A stretch of DNA of 64,000 nt from assembly GCF_006345805.1 (NCBI RefSeq), contig NC_043000.1:28768001-28832000 (forward strand), written 5' to 3'. The DNA is from Octopus sinensis (taxonomy: Eukaryota). Positions 40,451 to 53,009 of this stretch are shown here, piece by piece. The position numbers were made by a program, and so were the translations under genes. The notes beneath the pieces are model-generated. The model ran no database searches. It was not told where the DNA came from and saw nothing but the letters and a program-made list of their open reading frames with translations. How positions within the stretch are numbered: the stretch's first letter is position 1; each line of letters starts with the position of its first letter.

Positions 40451-41077
40451 TATTATATGTAAACATATATATAAATATATACACACACACACTCGATGTG
40501 TTCATCTACATATGAATACCTGCATGTATGTGTACATGTGTGTAGGTGTACACTATGAATATATATATGTATATACGCATGCATGTACAAAAATATTAGA
40601 CATGTGTATATACACATGCACATACATGCATACATCATCATCACTATGACTTTCATCATTATCCTCATTACCATCATCACCTTAATCTAACATCATCATC
40701 ATCATCATCTTCGTAATCTTACCACCATTACCATAATCAGTATCGTCATAATCTTGGTAATCTGATATCGTCCTCTTTCAACAGACTGAAAGCATGGATT
40801 GCCCTATGGTCTTTCTTGTGATAAACAATTCTTGGATTTTATTCTTCCATGCCTTACTTGATTTCTTCTTCCATCTCTCTCATGTTGTCTCCTCAAACTC
40901 ATGCTTTGTTTTTTCTTCTTACGAAATTTAGCAAAATATTCTATATTTCTCTCTTTGCTGTTGTAAAACGTTTATTAGGTTCTCATTTCTATTTCTTAAT
41001 CATTGAAATCGTGTTCTGCCCATCACATTCTCAAAACTTCCCTCATTTAAAAGGGTTGCAATATATTTTATATTTAT

Positions 41078-41880
41078 AGGTGCAGGAGTGGCTGTGTGGT
41101 AAGAAGCTTGCTTACCAACCCCTTGGGCCGACCAAAGCCTTGTGAGTGGATTTGGTAGACAGAAACTGTAAGAAGCCCGTCGTATATATGTATATATATA
41201 TGTATGTGTGTGTGTATATGTTTTTGTGTGTCTGTGTTTGTCACCCCAACATCGCTTGACAACCGATGCTGGTGTGTTTACGTCCCCCAAACTCAGCGGT
41301 TCGGCAAAAAGAACCGATAGAATAAGTACTAGGCTTACAAAGAATAAGTCCTGGTGTCGATTTGTTCGAGTAAAGGCGGTGCTCCAACATGACCGCAGTC
41401 AAATGACTGAAACAAGTAAAAGAATATATATCTTTTTATCTTTTACTTGTTTCAGGCATTTGACTGCGGCCATACTGGGGCACCGCCTTGCAGTATATTT
41501 CTAGTCGAATACATCAACCCCAGTACTTAATTTTGTTTAGCCTGGCACTTATTTTATCGGTCTATTTTGCCGAAATGCTAAGTTACGGGGGCGTAAACAC
41601 AGCTATACCGGATGTTAAGTGTTGATGGGGAAACAGACGCAAGCACAGAGACAAACACACGCATACACACACACACACGAACACACACACACAAATATGT
41701 ATGTATGTATGTATATATATATACGCGACAGGCTTCTTTCAGTTTCCAGCAACCAAATCCCCTCGCAAAGCTTTGGTCGGCCAAGGCTTTGGTCAGTCGA
41801 AGGTACCACGGAGCGAGAGACTGAACCCGGAACGATGTGGTTGAGAAGCAAGTGTCTTACCACACAGCCACGCCTGCGCA
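41078..41880. mobile_element. Tail-to-tail inverted pair of family A SINEs (41078-41426 +, 41437-41880 -)
   Basis: The two tails are about 10 nt apart. Confidence 0.85.
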
Positions 41881-41962
41881 TTATATAATATAGATATCAA
41901 AGGCGGTGCTCCAGCATGGCTGCAGTCAAATGACTGAAAAGAATAAAAGAATACGCACACAC

Positions 41963-41993
<31 letters not shown>

Positions 41994-42344
41994 TGCACAC
42001 ACTCTCACATACAACAAGAATCAGTACAGCTTCGTTTCGATGTACCAAATTCCATTCAAAATATGTAGCTCAATTTTAGACTACAATTAATATTAACAGA
42101 TCTGAACTACAGTGGAATTAAAATCGGTATCATGTAGCTGTGATGCAAGATTTTTTTTTATCCCTAAGCCTTACAATTAATGAAGGTAAAACAAGAGCAG
42201 TAAAATAAAAGCATGTAGGAATATATTGACCCATATGGTCTAGAATTTATGACAGTCTTTCGGGTCCGAGACAGACTATTCTGCAATTTCTTGCTGGGAC
42301 AACCCGCAAAAATGATTTGTTTATTGGGATCTGATGTTTATGCT

Positions 42345-42550
42345 GCACACTAGCTCATTCTTTCCATCAAATCGAAGATCCTTTTACAGGTGCCCGCTGT
42401 GCCACACGTCAGATGTCGAAGTGATCGGAGAGCAACGATAGAGGAAGTGTTTTGCTCAGAAACAGAACGTACCGTCCGCTCAGGGATATTGTATCCATGA
42501 TCTGGCAATCGTGAGTACGACACACTAACCATTAGATTATGAGCCTTCAC
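42345..42550 (-). mobile_element. Old tRNA-SINE (family C-like head, different body)
   Basis: Minus strand GTGAAGGCTCATAATCTAATGGTTAG head and TTCTGAGCAAAACACT centre. Confidence 0.5.
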
Positions 42551-42555
42551 GCACA

Positions 42556-42586
<31 letters not shown>

Positions 42587-42791
42587 CACACACACACACA
42601 CACATACGCACACACACTCGAATAAGCCTCAACGAAAGAGCACAGCGGGAACTTCTTAACTGTCAGCTACCTGAATAATTTTAACTACCTGAATACACAC
42701 ATACATTCATATATGTGTTTGTGTCTGTTTTAGCGTGTGTAAGTGTTTACGTATATGTATAGATATATAGATATATATGCCCGTATATATA

Positions 42792-43030
42792 CGGGGTGCG
42801 ATGAGTAAATTGTTGCCGTTTCATACTTTTTTAATTTCGCGCATGCGCATTGGTTGCTTTTGATTTTGTCGACTACATAGTATAGTAGGGTCAGTTGAGC
42901 ACCATCTGTGAGAAAAACAACACCATGACGCATTCACTCTGCCAGAAGTTTGGAAACGACTGCTTGGCATCCCCGCCGGAAGCACCAATATGAACATTTC
43001 AGAGTGTCTGGCTGTCAATCTGAGGCCATG
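42792..43030 (+). mobile_element. Tc1/mariner 5' end fragment
   Basis: TA|CGGGGTGCGATGAGTAAATTGTTGCCG terminus, followed by a degenerate HTH-like coding start. Confidence 0.4.
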
Positions 43031-43202
43031 TAGCCGTAGTTGAACCCAATGGCGATTTTATTTAATAAACTTACTCTTTAGTATTTCAAGATATTTTTAT
43101 GCAATTTCGGTAAATATATCTGTTAAAATAAGATGTCAGTGTGATTTTCATTTTCGCGCAATTTAGACGACAGTTTATTCACCCCCACCCTGTATATATG
43201 TA

Positions 43203-43245
<43 letters not shown>

Positions 43246-43258
43246 TATATATATATAT

Positions 43259-43443
43259 ATTATATAGAAGGAGCTTCTACAGGAATAGAACTGTTCATTC
43301 AAGAGAAATCTTCAGGAAGATTTCTCTTGAATGAAACAGTTCTAGTCCTGTAGAAGCTCCTTCTATATAATAATTAATTTTACTCTGCTATGTATTGAGT
43401 ACCTTATTTACTGTGGTTAACCCCGAATCAACCCGGGACCTAC

Positions 43444-43445
<2 letters not shown>
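43259..43445 (+). mobile_element. HHR-bearing PLE-terminus-like element with 55-bp fold-back
   Basis: Arms 43259-43313 and 43316-43371 (1 mismatch, 1 indel), 2-nt loop. Tail continues to (TA)n at about 43445. Confidence 0.8.
43274..43319 (-). ncRNA. Type I hammerhead motif, one base short of canonical
   Basis: Minus strand CTTC-CTGAAGA-TTTC(TCTT)GAAT-GAAC-AG(TTCTATTC)CT-GTA-GAAG. The opposite arm has the intact GAAAC (43333-37). Confidence 0.65.
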
Positions 43446-43510
<65 letters not shown>

Positions 43511-43614
43511 CAGACAGACAGACAAACAGACAGATAGATAGATATATAAATAGATGGATATAGATATACATACATACATACATACATACATACATACATA
43601 CATACATACATACA

Positions 43615-43646
<32 letters not shown>

Positions 43647-43669
43647 ATACAAGTAATTATAGATAATAA

Positions 43670-44173
43670 GGTATCTAACGAGTAGGGCCACATGCTGGAG
43701 ATAGAAGCCAAATGGCGCTAAGATCTACAGTTATTTGCTTTATTAGCACGTACTGAAAGCGACGAAAGTGAACAAATAAGATTTAGAACAAGGGTTTAAA
43801 CATATAATGGTTTCGGGTTTAAAGAAATAAAAACTCCATAGCCATATCTACAAATGTCTAGATTTATGTATAAGCCATATCTAATTTGTTCACCTCAACA
43901 CGCGTATATACGACCGAAAAATAATACCGCATGGTGGATACGTAGTGTTCGTACTAGTATGTGTAAATGTTTATTTTTTATGTGCAATTGGTCACACCAT
44001 ACCGAAGATGGTCAGGCGTTTTTATTTCTCTGAACCCAAAATCGATATATTTCTTCACTTTCCGCCTATTTCTTCAATTTCCTCGCTTTCAATACGTGCT
44101 AATGGAGCAAATAACTAGTTCTTAGCGCCATTTGGCATCTATCTTCGACCTGTGGCCCTATTTGTTAGAGCCC
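43670..44173. mobile_element. MITE with about 92-bp TIRs
   Basis: 43670-43762 and 44083-44173 share TAGGGCCACA...GATAGA.GCCAAATGGCGCTAAGA...TTATTTGCT..ATTAGCACGTA.TGAAAGCGA. Superfamily unclear. Confidence 0.8.
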
Positions 44174-44192
44174 TTCTTATTATTATTAAGTA

Positions 44193-44258
<66 letters not shown>

Positions 44259-44360
44259 CTTGTATTAATATTATTTATACATGTTGACTACTTGATAAAA
44301 TCGTGAGATATTATCCTTCATTGTATCCTTAATTATATAATTATATATATATTCTATTAT

Positions 44361-44716
44361 TCTTTTATTTGTTTCAGTCATTTGACTGCAGCCATGCTGG
44401 ATCACGACCTTTAGTCGAACAAATCGACCCCAGGACTTATTCTTTGTAAGCCTAGTACTTACTGTATCGGTCTGACCACTAAGTTACGGAGACGTAAAGA
44501 CACCAACATCGGTTGTCAAATAATGGTTGGGAAGAAACACGAACACACAAACATATAACAGGCTTCTTTCAGTTTCCGTCTACCAAATCCACTCACAGGG
44601 CTTTGGTAGACACGAAGCTATAGCAGAAGACACTTGCCCAAGATTCCACGCAGTAGGTCTGAACATGAAACCATATGGTTGGTAAGCAAACTACTTACCC
44701 CACAGCCACTCCTGCG
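44361..44716 (-). mobile_element. Family A SINE
   Basis: Homology to family A. Confidence 0.85.
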
Positions 44717-44739
44717 TCTCTCTCTCTCTCTCTCTCTTA

Positions 44740-44835
<96 letters not shown>

Positions 44836-44837
44836 TG

Positions 44838-44870
<33 letters not shown>

Positions 44871-44899
44871 TATATATATATATATAATATATATATATA

Positions 44900-45055
44900 T
44901 AGACAACTGAAGAAGGAGAATATTCTTTGGTTGTATGTCTCGTTCTCTGGGTTTTTTCGGTGTTGAAAAAAGTTCGTTTCTATATTTTTGTTTTTATGTA
45001 TTCGTTTCTCATTGTGTTCAACATTTTTTGATGTCCTGTAACCATATAGGCATAT
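44900..45055 (+). mobile_element. Family G 3' fragment in (TA)n
   Basis: Homology to 21085-21240. Confidence 0.55.
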
Positions 45056-45592
45056 ATATATATATACTTAAATATTAAATAGAAGCAGCACTAGCATAAT
45101 AAATATAATTAACCACACATACTTAATTTATATGCTTCGTTGGAAAATACATGAAGCATATACGTCAAGTATATGTCGTTAAATATGAATATATATATAT
45201 ATATATGCTTGTATGTATGTATGTATGTATGTATGTATGTATGTATGTTTGTATGTATGTATGTATGTATGTATGTATGTATGTATGTATACACAGTCTG
45301 TATAGAAAAAAGTTGTTCTTATGCATATATTATCCAAGCGTACACCGGTTTTGCACTAATATCGATTAACGATACTGGAAAATTTTGATGTGTGTCTGTA
45401 TTAGTGTTTATCGTTGGTTCCTCTTCAATATCAGTAATTGCACATCTTAAATTCCAGTTGACGTAATACAGATTTCCATCATTCTCCATATAAGAGAAAA
45501 AAAGTTTAGAAATTCAAAGAAAACGAAGAATACATACATAGAGTGATCAATTTATTATCAAAGTCCAGTCAAACTAAGAAGTTCATTCACGT

Positions 45593-45856
45593 GGCCTACG
45601 CTGCGTTTCGGCTGATTGCTGTCACTCCTATTTGCACTTTTAAAGTGCATTATGAAGTTTGAAAAAGCTAGTGGGTGGTTGGAACCTATGTCTATGTACA
45701 AGGCTTCCCCGTTTGGTTTGTGGCAGCGTTTAAATTTTCCTATGTTAAGCTTCATGTTAATGTCCAGGAAATTGACTTCTTTAACGTTTGTACGAGTTAC
45801 CCGTCATTCCGATATACGTTTTAGTTCTAATTGGCTAAATATTTTGCACGTTTTCT
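45593..45856 (-). pseudogene. Scrambled Penelope-like element remnant (GIY-YIG piece, RT thumb piece, HHR 3' half)
   Basis: KTYIGMTGNS (about 45799-45822), TNVKEVNFLDINMKLNIGKFKRCHKPNGEALYIDIGSNHP (45672-45791), then CAGCC-GAAAC-GCAGC-GTA-GGCC (45593-45628). Confidence 0.7.
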
Positions 45857-45991
45857 AAATATATATACACATACATACATACATACATACATACATACAT
45901 ACATACATACATACATACATACATACATACATACATACTTGCATGCATGCATACATACATACATACATACATACATACATACATACATACA

Positions 45992-46024
<33 letters not shown>

Positions 46025-46084
46025 GTGTGCCGGTGCATGCATAAGTGTATGTGTGAGTGTGTGTCTGTCATTTCGTCGTCCGTT

Positions 46085-46467
46085 ACTCTTTTACTTGTTT
46101 CAGTCATTAGACTGTGGCCATGCTGGAGCACCGATTGTAGTCGAGCAAATCGACCCCAGGACTTATTCTTTGTAAGCCTAGTACTTATTCTATCGGTCAC
46201 TCTTGCCGAACCGCTAAGTTACGGGGACGTACACACACCAGCAACGATTGTCAAGCGATGTTGGGGGGACAAACACGGACACACAAACATATACACACAC
46301 ATATATACGACGGACTTCTTTCAGTTTCCGTCTACCAAATCCACTCACAAGGCTTTGGTAGGCCCGAGGCTATAGTAGAAGACACTTGCCCAAGGTGCCA
46401 CGCAGTGGGACTGAACCCGGAAGCATGTGGTTGGTAAGCAAGCTATTTACCACACAGCCACTCCTAC
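46085..46467 (-). mobile_element. Family A SINE, near-consensus
   Basis: Complete head, centre and tail. Confidence 0.9.
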
Positions 46468-47505
46468 TCCTTTTGCAAGGAAATTGAGAAATCCCTTGTA
46501 TTCCCTCCTCTTCTCCAATCCGCACTATGTGGTAGCATTGATAGCGATCAACTGAAATATTTACAACACTTAACGCAACTGTTCAGAATCAAACGGTGTC
46601 TGTGCCTGAACCTTTTTATAGTAACGAAAGATTTCGCAGTGAGCCAAACCCACTCTCTAAGCAAGGAAGCCATTTGCCACAAAAGAACTAGTCTATATCA
46701 TTGGATGCAAACGAAGTCGCAAGTGTTATGTCAGAAGATTCTTTCTCTTAGAGAGACACGTCTGTTCAAAATGGTGTAGGTCCCTAGCAGGAATGAAAAA
46801 TCAGTTCTGTGCTACTCATGTTTACGTAAATATTCAAGCGATGGCATTGCTCGAAGTTATGTAGCAGCCGTCACACACACGTACATGCACATACACATAC
46901 ACAAACAGATAAATAGAAAAATAGAGAAAGAGATAGAGATGCAGGAATTAGAATGAACATTAGTTCGTAGATATAGTTTCGTCATTTAAGTATTTATATA
47001 GCTTTCCTCGTGTGTATAATAATATAAATTCCATCGTAAATCAGACGATTTGCTTTGTGGCAGTAATGGAATATCCAAGTAGAGTCATGAGAAAAAGAGG
47101 AGGAATGCAAAACAAAATGGCAATAACAAACAGCGGACTATAAGTTAATATAAATTTATTGGCAGTAAAAGTCTGTAATATTATGCCGCGAGGAAAGGAA
47201 AGAAGGCACATCCAACGTTTCCAACCAAGGTATTTTATCAAGAAAAGGAAAGAGCGTAAAGCGGAAATGCGTAGAATGTCACTTTGCAAGAGCAAGACCT
47301 AAGGGAGATAAGCCAGTTAAGCGTACATGAATCCTTTTATCTCTTACTTATTTCAGACATTGCACTGGTACTTACTCTATCGGGCACTTTGCCGAATCGC
47401 AGAGTTACCGTACATATAAGCAATCCAACATCGGTTTCCAAAGTCGTGGCTGACAAGCACAGACATAAATATACACACATACAGACACATACATACATAC
47501 ATACA

Positions 47506-47537
<32 letters not shown>

Positions 47538-47704
47538 CCAGAGTAATCACATAAATGTGAAACAAAGTGGGAAAAAATAGTACTCGAACACCGGAGGTAG
47601 AGTAATATGCTTTATTATTAAAGCTGCAAAAACATCACAACGATATCACAAAAATCTGCTACTCAGAGTTTCACGTTCCCGTTCCAGTTCGTCAAAACTG
47701 TCCG
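47538..47704 (-). mobile_element. Family E element (copy 2) with HHR split by inversion
   Basis: Minus strand GACGA-(ACTGGA)-ACG(GGAA)CGT-GAAAC-TCTGA-GTA-GCAG (47656-47693) abuts plus-strand AAAACTGTCCG (47694-47704). Confidence 0.72.
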
Positions 47705-48009
47705 TATGCAGCAGTTATGTATGTGTGTATGTGTGAATGTATGTATGTACTTACTTTGATACTTTGATAGGTTTCGGCCATTATTGGCCCAGGCCATGTC
47801 TAACTTAATAGCACCACCTTGTATGCAAGGTATGTATACCTGCGTATACAGGAGTGATAATACATACAGATACACGTATATATGGGTGTGCATGTGTACA
47901 TATACGCATGAGTACGAGTTGCATATGTAAATATTGATATGTATAAACATCTGTAAATATATATATATATATATACATGTCTAATATACACATATGCATA
48001 CGTCTTCAC

Positions 48010-49190
48010 GTATACATTTTCTTCTACTACTAAGCACTGACCTGTCCAACCACCTAATCTATATTCCTAAATTTTTCATTCCATACTACTACCGCTCTCT
48101 CTGCCCCATCGCTTAGATTCTATCACTACTTAACTGACACTCCTTTACATTTTATACCTCTCTCTCTATCACCCCACATTCCTTCTATCGTTTTGCACTC
48201 TAATACCTTTTTCTCGCTATAACACTCATCTCCCCATTCCTACTTTCAAATTATCTTGACTGACCACTAACTGGTACACTTTCCCTTATTATCTCTCTCC
48301 TTGTTTTTCTTTTTTCTTTTTTTCTTTTCTTTATTCCTCTCTTCCTGTTTTTCTTTTTCTTTTTCTTCTCTTTTTTATTTTTTTCTCTTTTCTTTATTCC
48401 TCTCTTCCTGTTTTCGATTTGACCTTACAAATACATTCCCTACTTTTAGGTCACTTTAAATAAAACCCTCCATTCAATAGCAATGTGTACAAACTCTATA
48501 CTTGGAATTACCAATTTTTAGATAATATTGGAGTTTACTCACAAGGTATTGGAATCTTATATGTATAACATTCTGCCTAAATAATGGATCTACAAATGCG
48601 ATATCCCTGCATATCTCACATCTATTTTCATTCCTCCACTTCACTCTCTATTTCTTATCTTATCTAAATTAACTATTGCTTAACCAATTTCTCACACCGT
48701 CTCCGATGAAGGGATGTAATAAATATCCTGGAAACAGCTGTAAGACCTATTTTTAAATGTTCTAAAATCTTCGCAGCTTGATTTTTTATCTCATTCTGAA
48801 AAATATTTTTTATATAAACACACGCTGATATATGACCTACGGTGGACTCCTTATTCGCATAATCACCGAACCTGAAGCTTAACTATGGTCTATCCATAGC
48901 ACTTACTTTTGGGTCTTACTGACACCATTAACTCTCATAACCTGTATATACATTAGTTTTTCCTTAGTGCTGGCCAGATTGGAGTAATCTTAAGAATAAT
49001 CAGCCAGAATTGCGAGGATAATCTGGTACTTGACTGAGGAAAGAAAACTTTGAATGACCCGTCCTTATTTTCTTTGTATCATCTATCTAGATGTTTTGTT
49101 GTCCCTTTTCGTATCACCTAGCTATCCGGGTTTTTGCGTTCTTGTCCCATTTTGTATTATTATATTATATAGCGGGGTTGGTCTTTATGT
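48010..49190 (+). mobile_element. About 1.2-kb non-coding PLE pLTR-like segment (boundaries uncertain)
   Basis: Pyrimidine-rich non-coding block carrying the HHR at 48699-48746 and ending in (TA)n. Assignment is inference. Confidence 0.4.
48699..48746 (+). ncRNA. Complete minimal type I hammerhead ribozyme motif (U4C core variant)
   Basis: GTCT-CCGATGA-A-GGGATGT(AATAA)ATATCCT-G-GAAAC-AGCT-GTA-AGAC. Stem I GTCT/AGAC, 7-bp stem II, palindromic ACAGCTGT stem III. Predicted cleavage after GUA at 48742. Confidence 0.78.
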
Positions 49191-49242
49191 CTTATATATA
49201 TTATATATATAATATATATATATCTTATATATATATATATAG

Positions 49243-49274
<32 letters not shown>

Positions 49275-49296
49275 TATATATATATTATATTATATT

Positions 49297-49343
<47 letters not shown>

Positions 49344-51321
49344 ATGTATGTATGTATATGTTTATATGTATATATATGTATAGATGTATATATATTATAT
49401 CTGTATATGCATATATATATATGTACATATATATGCATATATATGTATATACGTATATATTTATATATGTATATATATATGTATGTATATATTTATGCAT
49501 ATATATATATATGTATGTATATATTTATATATATGTATATATGTATGTATATATCTATATAGATATGTATATATATGTGTGTGTGTGTGTATATATAAAC
49601 GTATAGAATGTAGAATATATTTACACCTATATATGTCTATATATCCATTCATTTGTATGCAAATACGCATATATATATATATATATATTATTATACTTAC
49701 ATAGTAACCTGTGTAAGAGATGAGATAACGTATATACCACACGCATGCAGCAACAGCGGTGGTGTACTGTGAATCTTATCGTTCTACGTGACTGTATTGA
49801 CATTAAAGCTGAAGTGTCAAATCCTGGGAGACCCGATCACGACACTCTAGTTTTGCTACGTAAGCATCGTTGTCAACTAATGGATTAGCTATTAGGGGAA
49901 ACAAAAGTGGTTTACCTAACTGACAACGCAATTAGCAGACAGAGAGATGTGTCGTTTCCACCAAAGTAATAATACTTATACCTACAGAGCAGACTATAAT
50001 TACATTCAACATTCGGGGCTTTTGCTTTGGTTTTTTAAAGTTTTTCTGGTTTATTTTTTTTATTATTATACATTTGCTATTTTATTTTACTTTTTACAAA
50101 ATTTAATATAGACGTTTCATAAGGTCGTACTGTATTCTCTTAGAATATATTTTTTTCATTTAAGCGCTTACGAAAATGATTTTTTTGTTCATTTGTTTTT
50201 CTGTTTCGATTTTATATTTCATTTTATTTTATTTTAAGATGATTGTTTTTGTTTGTTTTTTTTGTTGTTTGTTTCGCTATATTGTGTTTTTTTTCTTTAA
50301 TTTTGTATTCTTATTGTATTTTATTTACCTCAGTTTTAAATGTAAAAAAAAACCTTCGAGCTATACTGATAGGTAAGTGTCCTTGGAGAATGATTATCAA
50401 ATGTCCTTTAAGCTTGCTATTGATTGAATTCGGGCGAACATAATTAACTTTATGGATGGAATGTTTTACTAGCTTTCAAGTTTCCGTATTAAAGGATTCA
50501 GATAAAGCATTTAGTAAATTATTAATCGCATGTGAAAAATAAAAAAAATACAATAAAGCAAAGAGAAGAAAAAAAAACAAAATAAAAGAATTTGGTGGAA
50601 ACAACAAAAATATATAAAATATATAAAATAAATAAATATAAATTCAGCTTTAATCAATCGTTTGATTCATTAATAAACCAATTATTCGCCATGTAGGTTA
50701 TTGTTAAATCAATCACTCAGATGAATATGCTGTTAACATTTGTCAAAAACACACCAGTTACGAACACTTGGTCCTGTTAATTATTCATACAAATGCATAA
50801 AATGTTTTTAATGAAATCTGCAGGATGCAGCGTAGGAGCCGAATATTTCATTTAACTACACACCCTCTCCTACCAGCAATTTATACACACAACTGTCGAC
50901 GCGGCACTGTGCTATGTAGATTTCCCTTCCCTCTCTTTCTAACCTCCGCCACGAATACGTCCGTTTTCTGTTTCTGCTCCCCTGAACTTGTTTAATTCTT
51001 TCGCACTGTCTTTACTTTCTTCAACTAAACTCATTTATTTAACGTTTTTCTTCGTCTTGTCAATGCTACTTTTCTCTCTCACCTCGAAGAATCTAAGGAA
51101 ACCTAAGCGAACACTTTGAGAAAATGCTTCCGCCTTAGAACTGCGTCTCACTAAAATTCCACTCAAACCATTCCAGGCGTCTTACTACAATTGTTAGTAA
51201 TATTACTAAAGAATTTATCGACACCATCTTGTCACCCAGATTTAGAGACCCTCAATTGGCTCTATCTCAGACTTAATTATTGGACTGACATACATATGAA
51301 TATGTGTGTGTGTGTGTAATA

Positions 51322-51352
<31 letters not shown>

Positions 51353-51850
51353 GTGACACTCTATAATGGAATCCGTCGGAAGAATAACGCCGAGGACAAA
51401 GAAATAAGAACCCGCAATATGGTAGAAGCCATAGCCACTCATAATGAAAAGGAATACTGGTGGAATGTCCCAGTGAAGACCTCAATAAAATGTAAGAACA
51501 ACAGACCTGATATAATGATTTGGGATTGAGGAGAGAAACTGTGTACAGTTGCGGGAATTTGCTGCCCAGCAGATGTTAACATAAAGCTGAAGATAAGTGA
51601 AAAAGAGAATACCTACGCTGAATTATTCAGAAATCAGCAGTTACTGTATCCAGATTACAAGTTCAGGTTTATGCTTGTAATTGTTGGGTCCCTGGGATAC
51701 CAATTTTGAGAAATTAGGCTTCTCAAAACCAGAACATACATACATACAAAAATACCCTGTTGAAATTCCAATTGAAGCCTTGGATCTATGTTAGAAACTG
51801 GCTCTTTCTCTATTGGCTAGAAATTTTAAAATATAACTGAATAATGATAT
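51353..51850 (+). pseudogene. RLE-LINE (R4/Dong-like) 3' fragment inside (TACA)n
   Basis: EYWWNVPV...NRPDIMIWD...ICCPADVNIKLKISEKENTY...VIVGSLGY. 3' UTR matches the 25656 copy. (TACA)n on both sides. Confidence 0.82.
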
Positions 51851-51854
51851 TCAT

Positions 51855-52220
51855 ACTTACATGCATACATACATAAATACATACATACATACATACATTC
51901 ATTCATCATACATACATCATACATACATACATACATACATACATACATACATAGGTACTACATACATACATACATACTACATACATACATCACCTACATA
52001 CATCTCATACATACATACATACATACATACGTACGTACGTACATACATACATACATACATACATTCATTCATAAATACATGCATACATTCATACATACAT
52101 ACATACATACATACATGCATACATACATACATACATACATACATACATACATACATACATACATACATACATACATACATACATACATACATACATACAT
52201 ACATACATACATACATACGT
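51855..52220. repeat. (TACA)n array
   Basis: Direct reading. Confidence 0.95.
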
Positions 52221-52360
52221 ATGTACGTACATATATACATTCGTAAACTTGTCCTTCGATTCTTAGATATGTTACGACCAGAGCTGGGCCAGGCCGTGTA
52301 TATACAACCATCATATATGCGTGTGTATGTGTATGTATGTGTGTGTGTGTGTGTGTGTGT

Positions 52361-52720
52361 GTGGAGGCTCAAAGGCCCGGTGGTTAGGGCAGCTGACTCG
52401 CAGTCGTAGGATCGCGGTTTCAAATCCCAAACCGAGCATTGTGAGTGTTTATTGAGTGAAAACACCTAAAGTTCCACGAGGCTCTGGAAGTGGGTGGGTG
52501 GCCAACCCTGCTGTACTGTTTCCCCTCAACTTCCTCTCACTATTTATTTCTATTTCTGTTGTACCTGTATTTCGAATGGCCAACCTTATAACAGTCTGTG
52601 ACACCCTGAATCTCCTCGAGAACTACGTTAAGGGTACACGTGTTAGTGGAGTGCTCAGCCACTTGCACGTTGATTTCATGAGCAGGCTGTTCCGTTGATC
52701 AGATCAACTGGAACCCTCGT
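52361..52720 (+). mobile_element. Family C SINE (tail C2)
   Basis: Homology to 19407-19740. Confidence 0.8.
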
Positions 52721-53009
52721 ATATATAGGTATGTCAAATTTTCCGATTGTTGTCTTTTTATTTAATCCTGGAAAAAAACATATATCTTACTGACAAGAAG
52801 ATAAATTTCGAACCAGTTAAGCTGTAAGAGGAGCAGAGAAATATTGGTTATTTACCCTTATAAGACGGAAAAGCCTTGCCAGCAGACAGCTAATAACTAT
52901 TTCCCGTCTCTTGAGAATACATACCCAATCCTTTCTGCTGTTCTAGTAGCTATACTGTGTTCTAAATTTACCTTCTTGTCAGTAAAATACCAAACATATT
53001 CTACACAAC

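Noticed and set aside
46495-46780. About 90-codon stop-free frame
   Set aside because: No start or splice context and no recognisable protein.
47183-47302. 39-aa basic ORF MPRGKERRHIQRF...
   Set aside because: Expected by chance in purine-rich DNA, with no other support.
49034-49066. CTGAGGA-AAG(AAAA)CTT-TGAATGACCCGTC as a second HHR
   Set aside because: Lacks GAAA and stem I.
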